Source of the DNA: Phaeosaccion multiseriatum
Taxonomy: Eukaryota; Protista; Ochrophyta, other classes
DNA: 64,000 nt
Direction of reading: 5' to 3'
Assembly: GCA_965112735.1 (NCBI GenBank)
Contig: OZ218957.1
Span: forward strand, 1,054,001 to 1,118,000
Position numbers and translations under genes: made by a program. This document shows, piece after piece, positions 45,549 through 55,174 of the stretch (within the stretch, counting starts at the first letter, position 1; each line of letters begins with the position of its first letter). The notes beneath the pieces are model-generated. The model did not search any database. It had not been told where the DNA came from and saw only the letters and a program-made list of their open reading frames with translations.

Positions 45549-47117
45549 TTAGGGCGGAGGCGCGTATCGCTGGGGACCAGGGCTCTCCAAGCCGAGTAAG
45601 TGATCCTGGGCTATGAGATGGCCCGGGTACTCACGCGACATGACCGTTGCTCTGGTGCCGCTCCCGAAGGTGGTGGAGCATCTGGCGCTGAACTTGGTGC
45701 TGGAGTCGAGCACTCTTGCGAGTCTGTCTCGATTGCCCGCGAGCATGGCTTGGGCAGCCAAGTCACTGGAAAAGCAGTGCCCTTCCCCCCACTCTTGTCT
45801 TGCCAAAAGCTGCAGTGCCTCTGTGGTATTGAGAAGAAGAAGCGAGAGGGCAAAGAGCGTTAAGAAAGGGGGAGAGGGGCGAGAAACACGCCCCTTCGTC
45901 GTAAACCTACCAGTGTTCAGCCGTTGCCCGATGTCCACATCGTACTCCTCCGGCGACGGAGAGTCTAGGCGTACAGCCACTTGCTCCTCGGCAAAGAGGT
46001 GCCCTCGGGGAAGACGTGCTCTCCTGCAAAGGTCTATTCGCGCCGTTCTCGAGCATCGCCCGCCGATGTTTCGATCGTAATCGGCCTGGTCATAGGAGCA
46101 CGGACCCGGGGAGCAAGTCTGTTTCTTCGGCTTCCCTTTGGCAAGAGCAAAATTTGCAGTGAAGTCCCCCCGCAAAGAACCTTCCGCCGTCACGGCCCTT
46201 CCACCTTTGCTGTAAAGGTCGTAGCTACTCCTGCTCGAAAAGACCTTGGTGTTCCTACCGAGCCCCCCTCCCCCTCTTCGCCTCTTGTTCTTCTTGCCCT
46301 TCTTCTTTTTGGTCTTGTACTTGTCAGCCCCCCCGGGCCGGCATTCCAGCAGTAGCGCTTCCCTCGTCCCAGCTGTGTTTCTTGGGAGAGCACTACGGCT
46401 GCTGGTGCAGCGGCTGCTATTCCCGCCGAAACGAGCGGACGAGCCGAACGAGTAGGCAGGGGCGGACATGTGCCCCCCCAAGCTCTGAAACTGCAGCGCG
46501 GACTGCTGTGCACAGTAGAACTTGCCATTTCCATGGTGCTTGACAGGAAACATGGGATTTGGGGAGGGGTTGGAGGTCTTGCTGGGGCCGTCATATCGCC
46601 GCGTGGGGCTCTCATAGTCCCTCACCCTCGCTCGTGGTATTGTCTCCATTTTGCTGGAAGGACCCTTCCTTCCGACGTTGTAGTCCCCCACACCTGGAAT
46701 TTTCTCCTCCGCACCCTCCTGCCCTGAGTCAAAGGTGCATACAGGCGAATGGTGCCGAACAAGCTTCCACTGTCCCTCCTCATCATACGCCTGCGGCCCA
46801 GGCGAGTCGAACACTGCGTCCCACTTCTCAGCCTTTGCCACGCTACTCCCATGGAAAAGGCGCAACGAGCTCTCACGTCCTGTCATGTTCAAGAAGCAGC
46901 CTTTGCCAGGGCTCGGCGGACTTTGAGTCGCCGTTGTTGTCGTTGCAGAGCCATCGTCAGCCTTGCTCGGGCTCGCGACAAGAGAGCGCAAAAGGTTCTG
47001 GCTCTGCTGCCGAAATAGGTTGGACTCTGTAAAGTGCTTGTGCAATTTCACTCGAGACTCATCCTTCTTAGCCTGAGCCGGCGCGGTCTCAGTCTCTTCT
47101 CCGTTCTCTCCTCCCAT
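45549..47117 (-). CDS. SHIPPO/STPGR-repeat protein (ODF3-like, ciliary)
   Basis: Repeated PGP.xY motifs: DSPGPQAYD, IPGVGDYNV, SPGPCSYD, DSPSPEEYDV, ESPGPQRY. Also APAYSFGSSAR and TFGSGTR. Confidence 0.65.
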   Translation of the reverse strand: MGGENGEETETAPAQAKKDESRVKLHKHFTESNLFRQQSQNLLRSLVASPSKADDGSATTTTATQSPPSPGKGCFLNMTGRESSLRLFHGSSVAKAEKWDAVFDSPGPQAYDEEGQWKLVRHHSPVCTFDSGQEGAEEKIPGVGDYNVGRKGPSSKMETIPRARVRDYESPTRRYDGPSKTSNPSPNPMFPVKHHGNGKFYCAQQSALQFQSLGGHMSAPAYSFGSSARFGGNSSRCTSSRSALPRNTAGTREALLLECRPGGADKYKTKKKKGKKNKRRRGGGGLGRNTKVFSSRSSYDLYSKGGRAVTAEGSLRGDFTANFALAKGKPKKQTCSPGPCSYDQADYDRNIGGRCSRTARIDLCRRARLPRGHLFAEEQVAVRLDSPSPEEYDVDIGQRLNTGRFTTKGRVSRPSPPFLTLFALSLLLLNTTEALQLLARQEWGEGHCFSSDLAAQAMLAGNRDRLARVLDSSTKFSARCSTTFGSGTRATVMSREYPGHLIAQDHLLGLESPGPQRYAPPP

Positions 47118-47272
47118 TTCTCTCCCCTCCCCCCTCCTCGCCCCCACCGCTGTGTCGCGTCTTCTGTAACTGTCGGTAAGTCAACAAATCCTCTCCGGCG
47201 GCGGCTGCGCTGAGGCTACTCCGTCGAGCGACTGGCAAGTCACCCCCGCTCGCTTAGGCCGCGCTCCCCTTT

Positions 47273-47735
47273 ATGGGCAGCCCCGGAGTCGCGTGCTTTC
47301 CGTGGGCAGCTCAGCCAGACACGGTGCTTGCGTACGACCGGGATGGCTACTACGTCAATACCGCCTTGGGAGAACGGATAGGCGACTTGCTGGAGTACGG
47401 GATCGGCGCGCGGAGGGTGCAGCTACTCTTGCCCGAGATTAGGCTGCTGGCGAGCTGCTTATACTATGGGCTCACCAACTTGTCGGGGAAGCAGACGCTG
47501 GGACAGGAGTACTGTGATATTCTACCTGTCCAGGCGCCGGCCCTGAAAGGGGGGGGTACCGCGGCGCCCAAGCCTTTTGAGGGGAGGGCCAGGAAGCTGT
47601 ACGTATTGTTCACACTCCTCCTTCCATACTCGTTGGCGAGAGCTAGGGATGGCCCTTTGTCGGTGCAGCAACTGCGCGACCCCTTCGGAAGGGCAGCAGC
47701 GGCTGCGGCTGGGAGAGGAAGCGGGAGCAGCAGCC

Positions 47736-47768
<33 letters not shown>

Positions 47769-48385
47769 GCAGCAGCAGCGCCACCGGCGGGAGGGATTCT
47801 GTGTGTCGGGGAGAGCGGATACGCCAGCTGATCCAGTACTGCAAACGACTCTGGGCGTTGGTTTTGAAGCATCGTCGCCTTAGCTTGCAGGTGCTGGAGT
47901 GGTGTTCCCAGGTCCATCTCATGTTGTTTTTCTTGGACGGGGGCCGCTTCTACACGCTGGCCATGCGCAAGCTGGGCATTCGCTTCATGTACAATAGAGC
48001 GGTTCGCGAGCCCAGGAGCTCTTACAGCACGCTAGGAGTCTTGCTCCTCGTTCGGCTGTGTGCGCAGGCGGCGACAACGGTTGGGTCGGAGCTGTGCAGG
48101 CTGCGAAGAGAGTCTCGGGGAGAGGAGCGACTCGAGGAACCCACCAATCAGACCCGCGTGCCAGCGGGAAAGGACCTGCTGGCCCCCCATGGCTCGAGAG
48201 AGAGCGTCTCCCAGAAAAAGTGCCCTCTCTGCATGAGCAGGCGGGAGAACCCGGCCGCTACGCCGTGCGGGCACATCTTTTGCTGGGACTGCATCATCGC
48301 GGCCGCTGAAGCCAATTCAGAGTGCCCCCTCTGTAGGCAGCAAGTGCTCCCCCAGACGGTTATATTATTACAGGGCTATGTGTAA
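47273..48385 (+). CDS. PEX10: Peroxin PEX10 (Pex2/12 N-domain + C3HC4 RING), intronless
   Basis: FPWAAQPD...RD, YYGLT...QTLGQEYCDI, HLMLFF..G.FY and the RING CPLCMSRRENPAATPCGHIFCWDCI...ECPLCRQ. Confidence 0.93.
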
Positions 48386-49043
48386 TGGAAGGGTAAGGAG
48401 GAAGGTGTCCTGCTGGGCTGCTTGTTCCCGAGCGAAGCCTTCTTCGTCACAACGGCTGTGGGTCTGCTGCTCCAATCTTCCGTCTCAGCGGCTGCTGAAG
48501 GAACGACTGAGCTCTTGCTTCCCCCCACCAGGGCGACTTCAAAGACCCTTTCCCTTTGTCTGTGCAGCCCAGTAGAGCCGCCAATTGCACAATTGCCCTC
48601 GACCAGCGTCAACATGGGCGGGGGAGGGGGGGAGGCCTCCAACGAATGCATGTTCGTCGCCTCAAAGAGCGTTGCAAGGCCACTGCGGAGCCTGATGCGT
48701 GCTTTGGTTTCGGGGGGCTCTGCGCCGTCTCCCGACCAGCTCGGCTAGCACTGGAGGAGGTACATGCATTCTCTCCTCACCGACACCAATTCGACTGACC
48801 ATCCGCAGATGCATCCATGCCTGAGCCGTCACGCACGTCGTCGCTAACTGGTCCAACTGTGTCTTATCGGGGCCCATGGACTGCTTCACACCTAGGCCGG
48901 GACGAGCCGAGAGAGGTAGTGCTTGTCCTCACCAATTGTTTTTCCTCACCATCCATCAAACCGCTGCTGCTGGTTCGAGAGTACCCCACCCTTTGCTGTC
49001 TCGCGTGGCTCTCCATCAACCCGGGTGACGGGGCGTCCTCCAT
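48376..49043 (-). CDS. Possible small 3-exon hypothetical gene
   Basis: An open model can be built from MEDAPSPG (49043) with two ~55-58 nt GT-AG introns to a stop at 48376. No recognisable motif. Confidence 0.3.
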
Positions 49044-49159
49044 ATCGGAGCTGCGCCCTTCAAAGCCTCTCTCCCTCACGGATGTCAACAGACCCCTTGG
49101 TGCTGTAAGCTTCTCCTCTCGCCGGAATGCCTGGCTAAAATGTCGTCGACACCAGGGCA

Positions 49160-49670
49160 TCACTTCTCATCGCCACTGCTTGGATCAGTCACCTCTATAT
49201 GACACGAACAGCCTCCACATCCCAAAACTCGAACCCCCTCGTCGAGCTCCTCCCGCGACACTTGGTAAGTATCCCCACACCGGCAGTCGTGGGCATACAG
49301 CCCCTCGCGTTCGTCCCACTGCATCTCAGACAGAGTAAGCACCTCAGAAATGACCACGCGGCCTTCGCTCTCCTCCTCCCTCAGCCGCTCGTCGCATGCA
49401 GCCCGACTCTTGGCATCTCGCAGCACCTCCCACGCCTGTGTCCGTGGAGGGAGGTCGTTAAGGAGCCACCAGGAAGCACAAGCACCGCTGCCACCTACCT
49501 AACCCACCCACCTCTTGCACTCGACGAAAGGCTTCGTCCTCGGAGGCTGTGTCCGCCAGCTTCTGCTGCTTGTCCGGGTGGTGCTTCAGAGCAGCCTCTC
49601 GGTAGGCGTCTCGGATCTCCGCGGCACTCGCCGACGGAAGCACGCCCAGCACTTCGTATTCGTTCATCAT
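49160..49670 (-). CDS. DPH4: Diphthamide biosynthesis protein DPH4 (DNAJC24): J-domain + CSL zinc finger, 2 exons
   Basis: NEYEVLGV...EIRDAYREAALKHHPDK...VQE|AWEVLRD, followed by CRCG...GCGGCS. Confidence 0.92.
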
Positions 49671-49764
49671 CGCCTCTCCGGCGAGTGGTCCCAGAGTGCC
49701 ATTCATTGACTTATTCATTTTCGGTTTCGCCGCCATCCACTCTTCAGCCCCAGCTTTAGAAAGC

Positions 49765-51678
49765 ATGGGTGACGCAGAGTACGGCACCTTTGACGGGGGA
49801 CCCTTGGGATGGAGGCAGCAAGAAGAAGGGAGAGAGAGACATGCACGTCCCGGACGAGTTCGAAGTAGAAGTGAGATGGAAGCCCCCCTGCTGGAGGAGG
49901 GCCGTGACTTGTTGCGCGGAAAGGGGTCGGGGCGCGCAAGAAGATGGGGTATAAGGCTAGCTACGGGAGCGGCACTGCTCACAGGTACCTCACTGCTTCT
50001 GTCTGCTTCACAGCAGAACGAGGTGACTCCTGTTTCCCAACCAGAAGAGTCGACGGTGCTTAGCTCCCTCGAAAGCCTGAGGACTCTGAAGGCACGTGAC
50101 GGGGGGAAGCCTCACGTGTTCGTGATCTTGATGGACGACTTGGGCTACAACGATATTGGCTATGCCAACGACGACTTTATGGGCTTGACGGATACGCTGG
50201 ACGGCCTGCGGGAGGGGGGGATTTCGCTGGAGAACTACTATTCGCAGCACTTGTGCACTCCAGCCCGGAGTGCCCTCCTGAGCGGCAAGTACCCGTACAC
50301 TACCGGTATGCAGGTGGAGGTGATCAAGCCTTGGGAACCCTGGGGGCTGGCCCCCTCTGTTCGGGTCATGCCCCAGATTTTCAAAGACCAGGGAGGGTTC
50401 GCCACGCACATGGTGGGCAAGTGGCACCTGGGGCATGCCTACGACGACCTGTTGCCCACGAACCGAGGGTTTGACTCCTTCTATGGCTTTCTGACGGATC
50501 AGACCGACTACAAGAGCCACATTAACGGGGAAACGGAGGTGCTGGACTTTACGGACGCTAACGCAACCTTTTCCGAGTGCGTCACCAACGAAGCGGGGGT
50601 GCACAACATGGAGCTGCACAACGCAAGGATTTTGAGAACTGTTGAGGAGTTTGCTGCTGCTCAAACAGCGAAAAAATTGCCGTCTTCTTCTCCCTCCTCC
50701 TCCTCCTCCTCCTCCTCCTCCTCCTTGTTCATGTACTTGGCCTACCAGTACCCGCACTATCCCCTCCAGCCGGACTCGGAGGTGGGCACGCATGACGTGG
50801 CTCCGATCTTGGATGCGATTGAGGACAGAAATAGGCAAAAGGTGGGCAAGATGGTGTACGAGTTGGATCGGAGGATACAGGAGCTCGTGCATGTGCTTCA
50901 GACGCAAGACATGTGGGAGGACAGTGTCCTCGTGTTTGCGTCGGACAATGGCGGGTGTCCGTCGTACGGAACGAGCAACTATCCTCTACGAGGGACAAAG
51001 CACTACATGTTTGAAGGCTCCAGCAAGGTGCGAGCCTTTATTCACAGCCCTCTCCTCCCGGAAAGCAGCAGGGGGCAAAAGTATGAGGGCCTCTTTCACG
51101 TGACGGACTGGTTACCGACCTTGATGGAGGCCATTGGGATTGGCGACGACGTGTCGCAACACAACTTCGATGGGGTCTCTCACTGGCAGCACTTGCAGCC
51201 GGCTAGCTCTTCTCCGGCACCAGCAACAGCAGCAGCAGTAGCTAGAGAAACGATGGTGTACAACCTCGAAATCCTGGAGAGCGGGCAGCTCCGAGGTGCG
51301 GTTCGGGTGGGGCGGTGGAAAGTGATTCTGAATGAGGTTTGCCAAGGGTGGGCCGACTTTGGAGACCGCAAAGACGGAGCCGCATGGACTCTGGCATGTG
51401 CGGACGCTGGGGCTGTGGAGTCTTGCGGGGGCATTGATGGCTCCACGGCGACAGAGATGGGGAGCTTTCTGTTCGACTTGGAAGAGGACCCGCAAGAGAC
51501 CACCAACTTGATTGCAGACATGCCGGACGTGTACAATTCGCTCTTGGAAACTGTCCAAACTCTGCTTGAAAAGGGCGTGTCCTCGAACCGGGTGTCCACG
51601 CCCTCCAACCCCACCGCCCGCTGGCAAGACACCGGCTGCATTTCTCCCTATGCCGAGTTCCGCCCCGCCGACTCCTGA
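49765..51678 (+). CDS. Formylglycine-dependent sulfatase (arylsulfatase B/I/J-like), probable type II membrane anchor, intronless
   Basis: PHVFVILMDDLG, CTPARSALLSGKY (CxPxR), GKWHLG, SDNGG, NYPLRGTK, HVTDWLPT, LFDLEEDPQE. Confidence 0.95.
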   Translation: MGDAEYGTFDGGPLGWRQQEEGRERHARPGRVRSRSEMEAPLLEEGRDLLRGKGSGRARRWGIRLATGAALLTGTSLLLSASQQNEVTPVSQPEESTVLSSLESLRTLKARDGGKPHVFVILMDDLGYNDIGYANDDFMGLTDTLDGLREGGISLENYYSQHLCTPARSALLSGKYPYTTGMQVEVIKPWEPWGLAPSVRVMPQIFKDQGGFATHMVGKWHLGHAYDDLLPTNRGFDSFYGFLTDQTDYKSHINGETEVLDFTDANATFSECVTNEAGVHNMELHNARILRTVEEFAAAQTAKKLPSSSPSSSSSSSSSSLFMYLAYQYPHYPLQPDSEVGTHDVAPILDAIEDRNRQKVGKMVYELDRRIQELVHVLQTQDMWEDSVLVFASDNGGCPSYGTSNYPLRGTKHYMFEGSSKVRAFIHSPLLPESSRGQKYEGLFHVTDWLPTLMEAIGIGDDVSQHNFDGVSHWQHLQPASSSPAPATAAAVARETMVYNLEILESGQLRGAVRVGRWKVILNEVCQGWADFGDRKDGAAWTLACADAGAVESCGGIDGSTATEMGSFLFDLEEDPQETTNLIADMPDVYNSLLETVQTLLEKGVSSNRVSTPSNPTARWQDTGCISPYAEFRPADS

Positions 51679-51971
51679 GACTCTTGGGTTCGATGTTGTT
51701 GCTGCTGCTGCTGCTGCTGTTGTTGTAACGTTTCAATTCTATTCGTTCTTCCGGGGTCGACTAATTTTTTAATCCATACAGTCTTTAGCACTCTTTGAAG
51801 AGTTTGTGAGCACGAGATTCGGCCTCACTTCATGCACAACCGCCTGGAACCAATGCATAGAGGCCGATATCAAGCCCACAGGATGTCTCCTCCTCTCCCC
51901 TTGGTGCTTTGGTGGTGCCTAAATATCTCCAGGACGACAATTTACAATACAACGCTTGTCCGGTCCTCTTC

Positions 51972-52691
51972 TCAGAGCTCCTGAGGCAGCTGAATCACTG
52001 GCGCCGACAGTAGGTCCGGGAAGAGCTGGAGCACAATTGCCAGGATCGTGATGCCCGCAATGATGCCAACCAGCCACTGATTTTTGTACGGAGTTACAAT
52101 TTCCTCCCTAAGCTTGGCCTTTTCGAACTGGCCTTCAACATCCTTGGCCCTCTCTTTCCGTTGAAGCTCCCTCGCCCTCTCCTCCTCCAGCAACTTCTCG
52201 TCCACCCAGTAGTCTGTTCCCTGTACCTGCGCCTCCCTGCTCGTGGCCCTGAACATAGGCCGCACCTCGTCGTACTGCGGCTCCTCCTGCTGAGCCCGCT
52301 TGTCCTTTCTGCTTGCCAAAAACGACATGCACTCGCCACGTCAGTGTGTGGGGTGAAAATCAAGGCCACTTCCTCCCCGTACGTACCTCCTCTTCTTCGG
52401 TTTCCGCTTGAGCTGGGAAAGAGGGATATTCCTGCCCATTTGCGAGTCCGTTTGGTCCTTAACCTCCAATTTGATGCTTGTTCTCGCACGCACACCATTG
52501 GTCCTCGTCAAGATTGGCGCAGAAGGTGCGGAGGGCACGAAAGCCCCAGCTGGTGAGCTGCTGCGCACCTGCCTGAGTGCTTTTGGCACACCTCCGACGC
52601 CAGCAAATGCACTGCAGGTCAGCAAAAGCGACAAGCCCATCACCAGCGTGGGGATGAAAGACGAAGGGACAAAAGACAGGGCGAAAAGCAT
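51972..52691 (-). CDS. Hypothetical plastid-targeted protein with C-terminal TM helix, 2 exons
   Basis: Signal peptide ending TCSA-F, a Ser/Arg-rich transit region, DYWVD...KLREEIVTPYKNQW and a hydrophobic C-terminal helix. Start could be 52640. Confidence 0.7.
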
Positions 52692-53134
52692 GGTTTCCCC
52701 CGGGTTGTGGACTGCTCCAGGGTAATGTATGCCACAGCAAGACTCGCAGGAACGGGGGTTAAGGAACTCCAACTACTGCGGGAGAGAGAGAAAGGACCCC
52801 CGCCTGGGCTTTGACGCTTCACGATAAACAATCGTCAGCGGACAGGTCAGGGTGTTGGATCACCAACAGATACAACTGGCGACGTCGATCCCAACTTCCC
52901 CTATCCCCATCGTCTCTCATTTCTATATATAACATATAACCATATCTTTTCTCCCTACAGGAACCCATAGTATCTTCGTTGTACCTCCCTGCGAACAAAT
53001 CGTGTGATCTTGTTGAGGATCTGCAAGCTTTTTTTTGCATTGTCCCTCTTCCTTCCAGGGAGTGTTGCTATACCCGGCGAACACCACGGACGACAGCGAT
53101 TCCAGGGAAGGCGCTCGTGCTTTTGCTGCGACTA

Positions 53135-54061
53135 ATGGGCAATGGCGCGAGCAGGGAGGAAGAGGAATCAGTTGGGTACAGGGTCCTGGGCGTTCAGCCA
53201 AACTCGCCTGCCAGTCTGGCGGGTTTGGTGTCTTTTTTCGATTTCATAGTGGCCGCAGACGGAGTCCCTTTGCGCAAGCTTGACAACACGTTCATCGAAA
53301 GTATAAAGGCTTCGGAGGACAAGCCCTTGCCCATCACAGTCTTCAACTACAAGAGCCAAATGGCAAGAGATGTGTCCATAACACCCTCACGAAGCTGGGG
53401 TGGCCAAGGCATGCTAGGCGTGACCATTCGCTTTGACAGCTACTTTAATGCGGAGGAGAATCTGGTGCGGGTGCTTCATTGTGCGAAGGGAGGGCCAGCC
53501 TATATGGCGGGGTTGACCCCGTTCTCGGACTACTTGCTGGGGACGGCGGAGAAGGTGTTCAACACGGCGGAGACTTTGCATGAGGAGCTCGTGAAGCACC
53601 TCGATACGCCCATGGAGATGTGCGTCTACTCAACGGAGACGGATCAAGTGCGGGTAGTCGTTGTTCTTCCTACGGATGGCTGGGGAGGAGAAGGGTGTCT
53701 GGGAGCGGAAATTGGATCGGGCTACCTCCACGCCTTGCCCCAAAACTGCAGGAGTAGTACTGGCATGAGCGTGGGCCTCGGGATTAGCATAGGGATGTCG
53801 CCTGACACCACGTCGGAACCTTTAAGTCCTGTAGCGCTTGATTCATTGGAAGCCGAAGGTGCATTGGACGCTGTGGGGCCCGAAAACAACGCCGCCAGCA
53901 GCGCTGCACAAGCACCGGCACCAGCAGCACCCGCAGAAGAACCCTCACCGAGCCCTCTTCCCCAAGCAGCACCAGCAGCAGCAGCAGCAGCAGCACCAGC
54001 AGAAGGAGCAGAACCAGCAGCAGAAGTAGCAGTGGCAGGAGCACCACCACCACCACAATGA
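53135..54061 (+). CDS. Golgi reassembly-stacking protein GRASP55/65 (tandem PDZ), coding region intronless
   Basis: MG myristoylation start, GYRVLGVQPNSPA..AGL..FFDFIV, WGGQGMLGVTIRF, WGGEGCLGAEIGSGYLH, then an Ala/Pro-rich tail. Confidence 0.93.
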   Translation: MGNGASREEEESVGYRVLGVQPNSPASLAGLVSFFDFIVAADGVPLRKLDNTFIESIKASEDKPLPITVFNYKSQMARDVSITPSRSWGGQGMLGVTIRFDSYFNAEENLVRVLHCAKGGPAYMAGLTPFSDYLLGTAEKVFNTAETLHEELVKHLDTPMEMCVYSTETDQVRVVVVLPTDGWGGEGCLGAEIGSGYLHALPQNCRSSTGMSVGLGISIGMSPDTTSEPLSPVALDSLEAEGALDAVGPENNAASSAAQAPAPAAPAEEPSPSPLPQAAPAAAAAAAPAEGAEPAAEVAVAGAPPPPQ

Positions 54062-54085
54062 TACCTGTATCACAGTTTCTTCTTT

Positions 54086-54925
54086 TTATCTTTCAATTCT
54101 TTCGCCCCCCTCTGTGTCGAAACTCAAACCATGCTCCTCGGCAATTTGTTGCAAGATTTCTTCCCAGCGGGGCCCAAACGCTCGAAGCGACAAGCGGCGA
54201 GCGTCCACTCCGACATTGGCCAAAGACACCTCCAATCGATGGTCGGGAGTCAAGTGCTCCAGCCTCTCTGGCCACTCGATTAAGCACGCACACGTGGAGA
54301 ATATTTGCGGGATAGCGAGAATGTGCGTGTCTTGGGGGTTCTGCAAGCGGTAGAGATCAATGTGGTGGATGGTCAGGTCCCCCTCTGGAGCCTCGTACAT
54401 GTTGTCAAGGAGGTACGACGGCGAGGTGACTCGCAAGTCCTTCTGTCCCAACACTTCTCGAATGTAGCCCCTGGAAAAACACGTCTTGCCCGTTCCCAAG
54501 CCCCCCGCGAGTAGAATAACGTCACCAACGTCTGCGTACTCTCCGAAGCTCCTGCCCACGGCCTCCATGTCCTCAGGGCTCTCCACTAATTTCTGGGCAA
54601 ACACGCCTCCCGGCACTGCTTCCACTGCTTCAGCGGAGGAGAGACTTGAGCTAGCAGCTCCTGCTGCCCCTCGCACACTGCCCCTGTTCGAGACTCGGTC
54701 GTGCCTACTCCTGGTGCTCCCGCTCCTTCCCCAGCTGCTGCTGCGGCTGCTGTTGACGCTGCCGCTGCTCCCCAGAACTTTCGGAATACCTGTCGCTCTG
54801 CTGCTACTGCTTCCGGCGCTCGGGCCGCCCCAGACGCCCCACGCCCTCACGGCGCTTCGACGTAGCATCGCGTGAAGGAGCAGCAAGAGAAGGATCCCTC
54901 CATCCAGCCTCCTGCTGCCCCCCAT
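54086..54925 (-). CDS. tsaE: tRNA t6A biosynthesis ATPase TsaE (YjeE) with N-terminal organelle-targeting extension, intronless
   Basis: GDVILLAGGLGTGKTCFSRG (P-loop), VTSPSYLL, HHIDLYRL, LIEWPERL. About 100-aa hydrophobic then Ser/Arg-rich leader. Confidence 0.9.
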   Translation of the reverse strand: MGGSRRLDGGILLLLLLHAMLRRSAVRAWGVWGGPSAGSSSSRATGIPKVLGSSGSVNSSRSSSWGRSGSTRSRHDRVSNRGSVRGAAGAASSSLSSAEAVEAVPGGVFAQKLVESPEDMEAVGRSFGEYADVGDVILLAGGLGTGKTCFSRGYIREVLGQKDLRVTSPSYLLDNMYEAPEGDLTIHHIDLYRLQNPQDTHILAIPQIFSTCACLIEWPERLEHLTPDHRLEVSLANVGVDARRLSLRAFGPRWEEILQQIAEEHGLSFDTEGGERIER

Positions 54926-55091
54926 CCTCACGCACCGCCGCAGACCCACATTCAAAGGAAGAGCTTTCGAACAAGGATCCTAGTGGTCTTGCAGCAAATC
55001 ACTTGGCAGCGGAGGAGCGAGGAAGAGGGAAGGAGAGAGAGGGATGATCAGAGAGGGGGGAAAGGGGAATAGGTGTGCTTAGCTTGTTAAA

Positions 55092-55132
55092 GGCCACTTT
55101 TTTTTTGGGTGGCCACTTTTTTTTTGGGTGGC
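55092..55132. repeat. 19-bp tandem repeat ggccac(T9)gggt in the TsaE/NSA2 intergenic region
   Basis: Copies at 55092 and 55111. GGCCAC/GTGGCC inverted arms flank the T-tract. Confidence 0.8.
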
Positions 55133-55174
55133 TTGAATTGTACACGCTCAGTCCAGCCGACTGTTGCGGTAACC

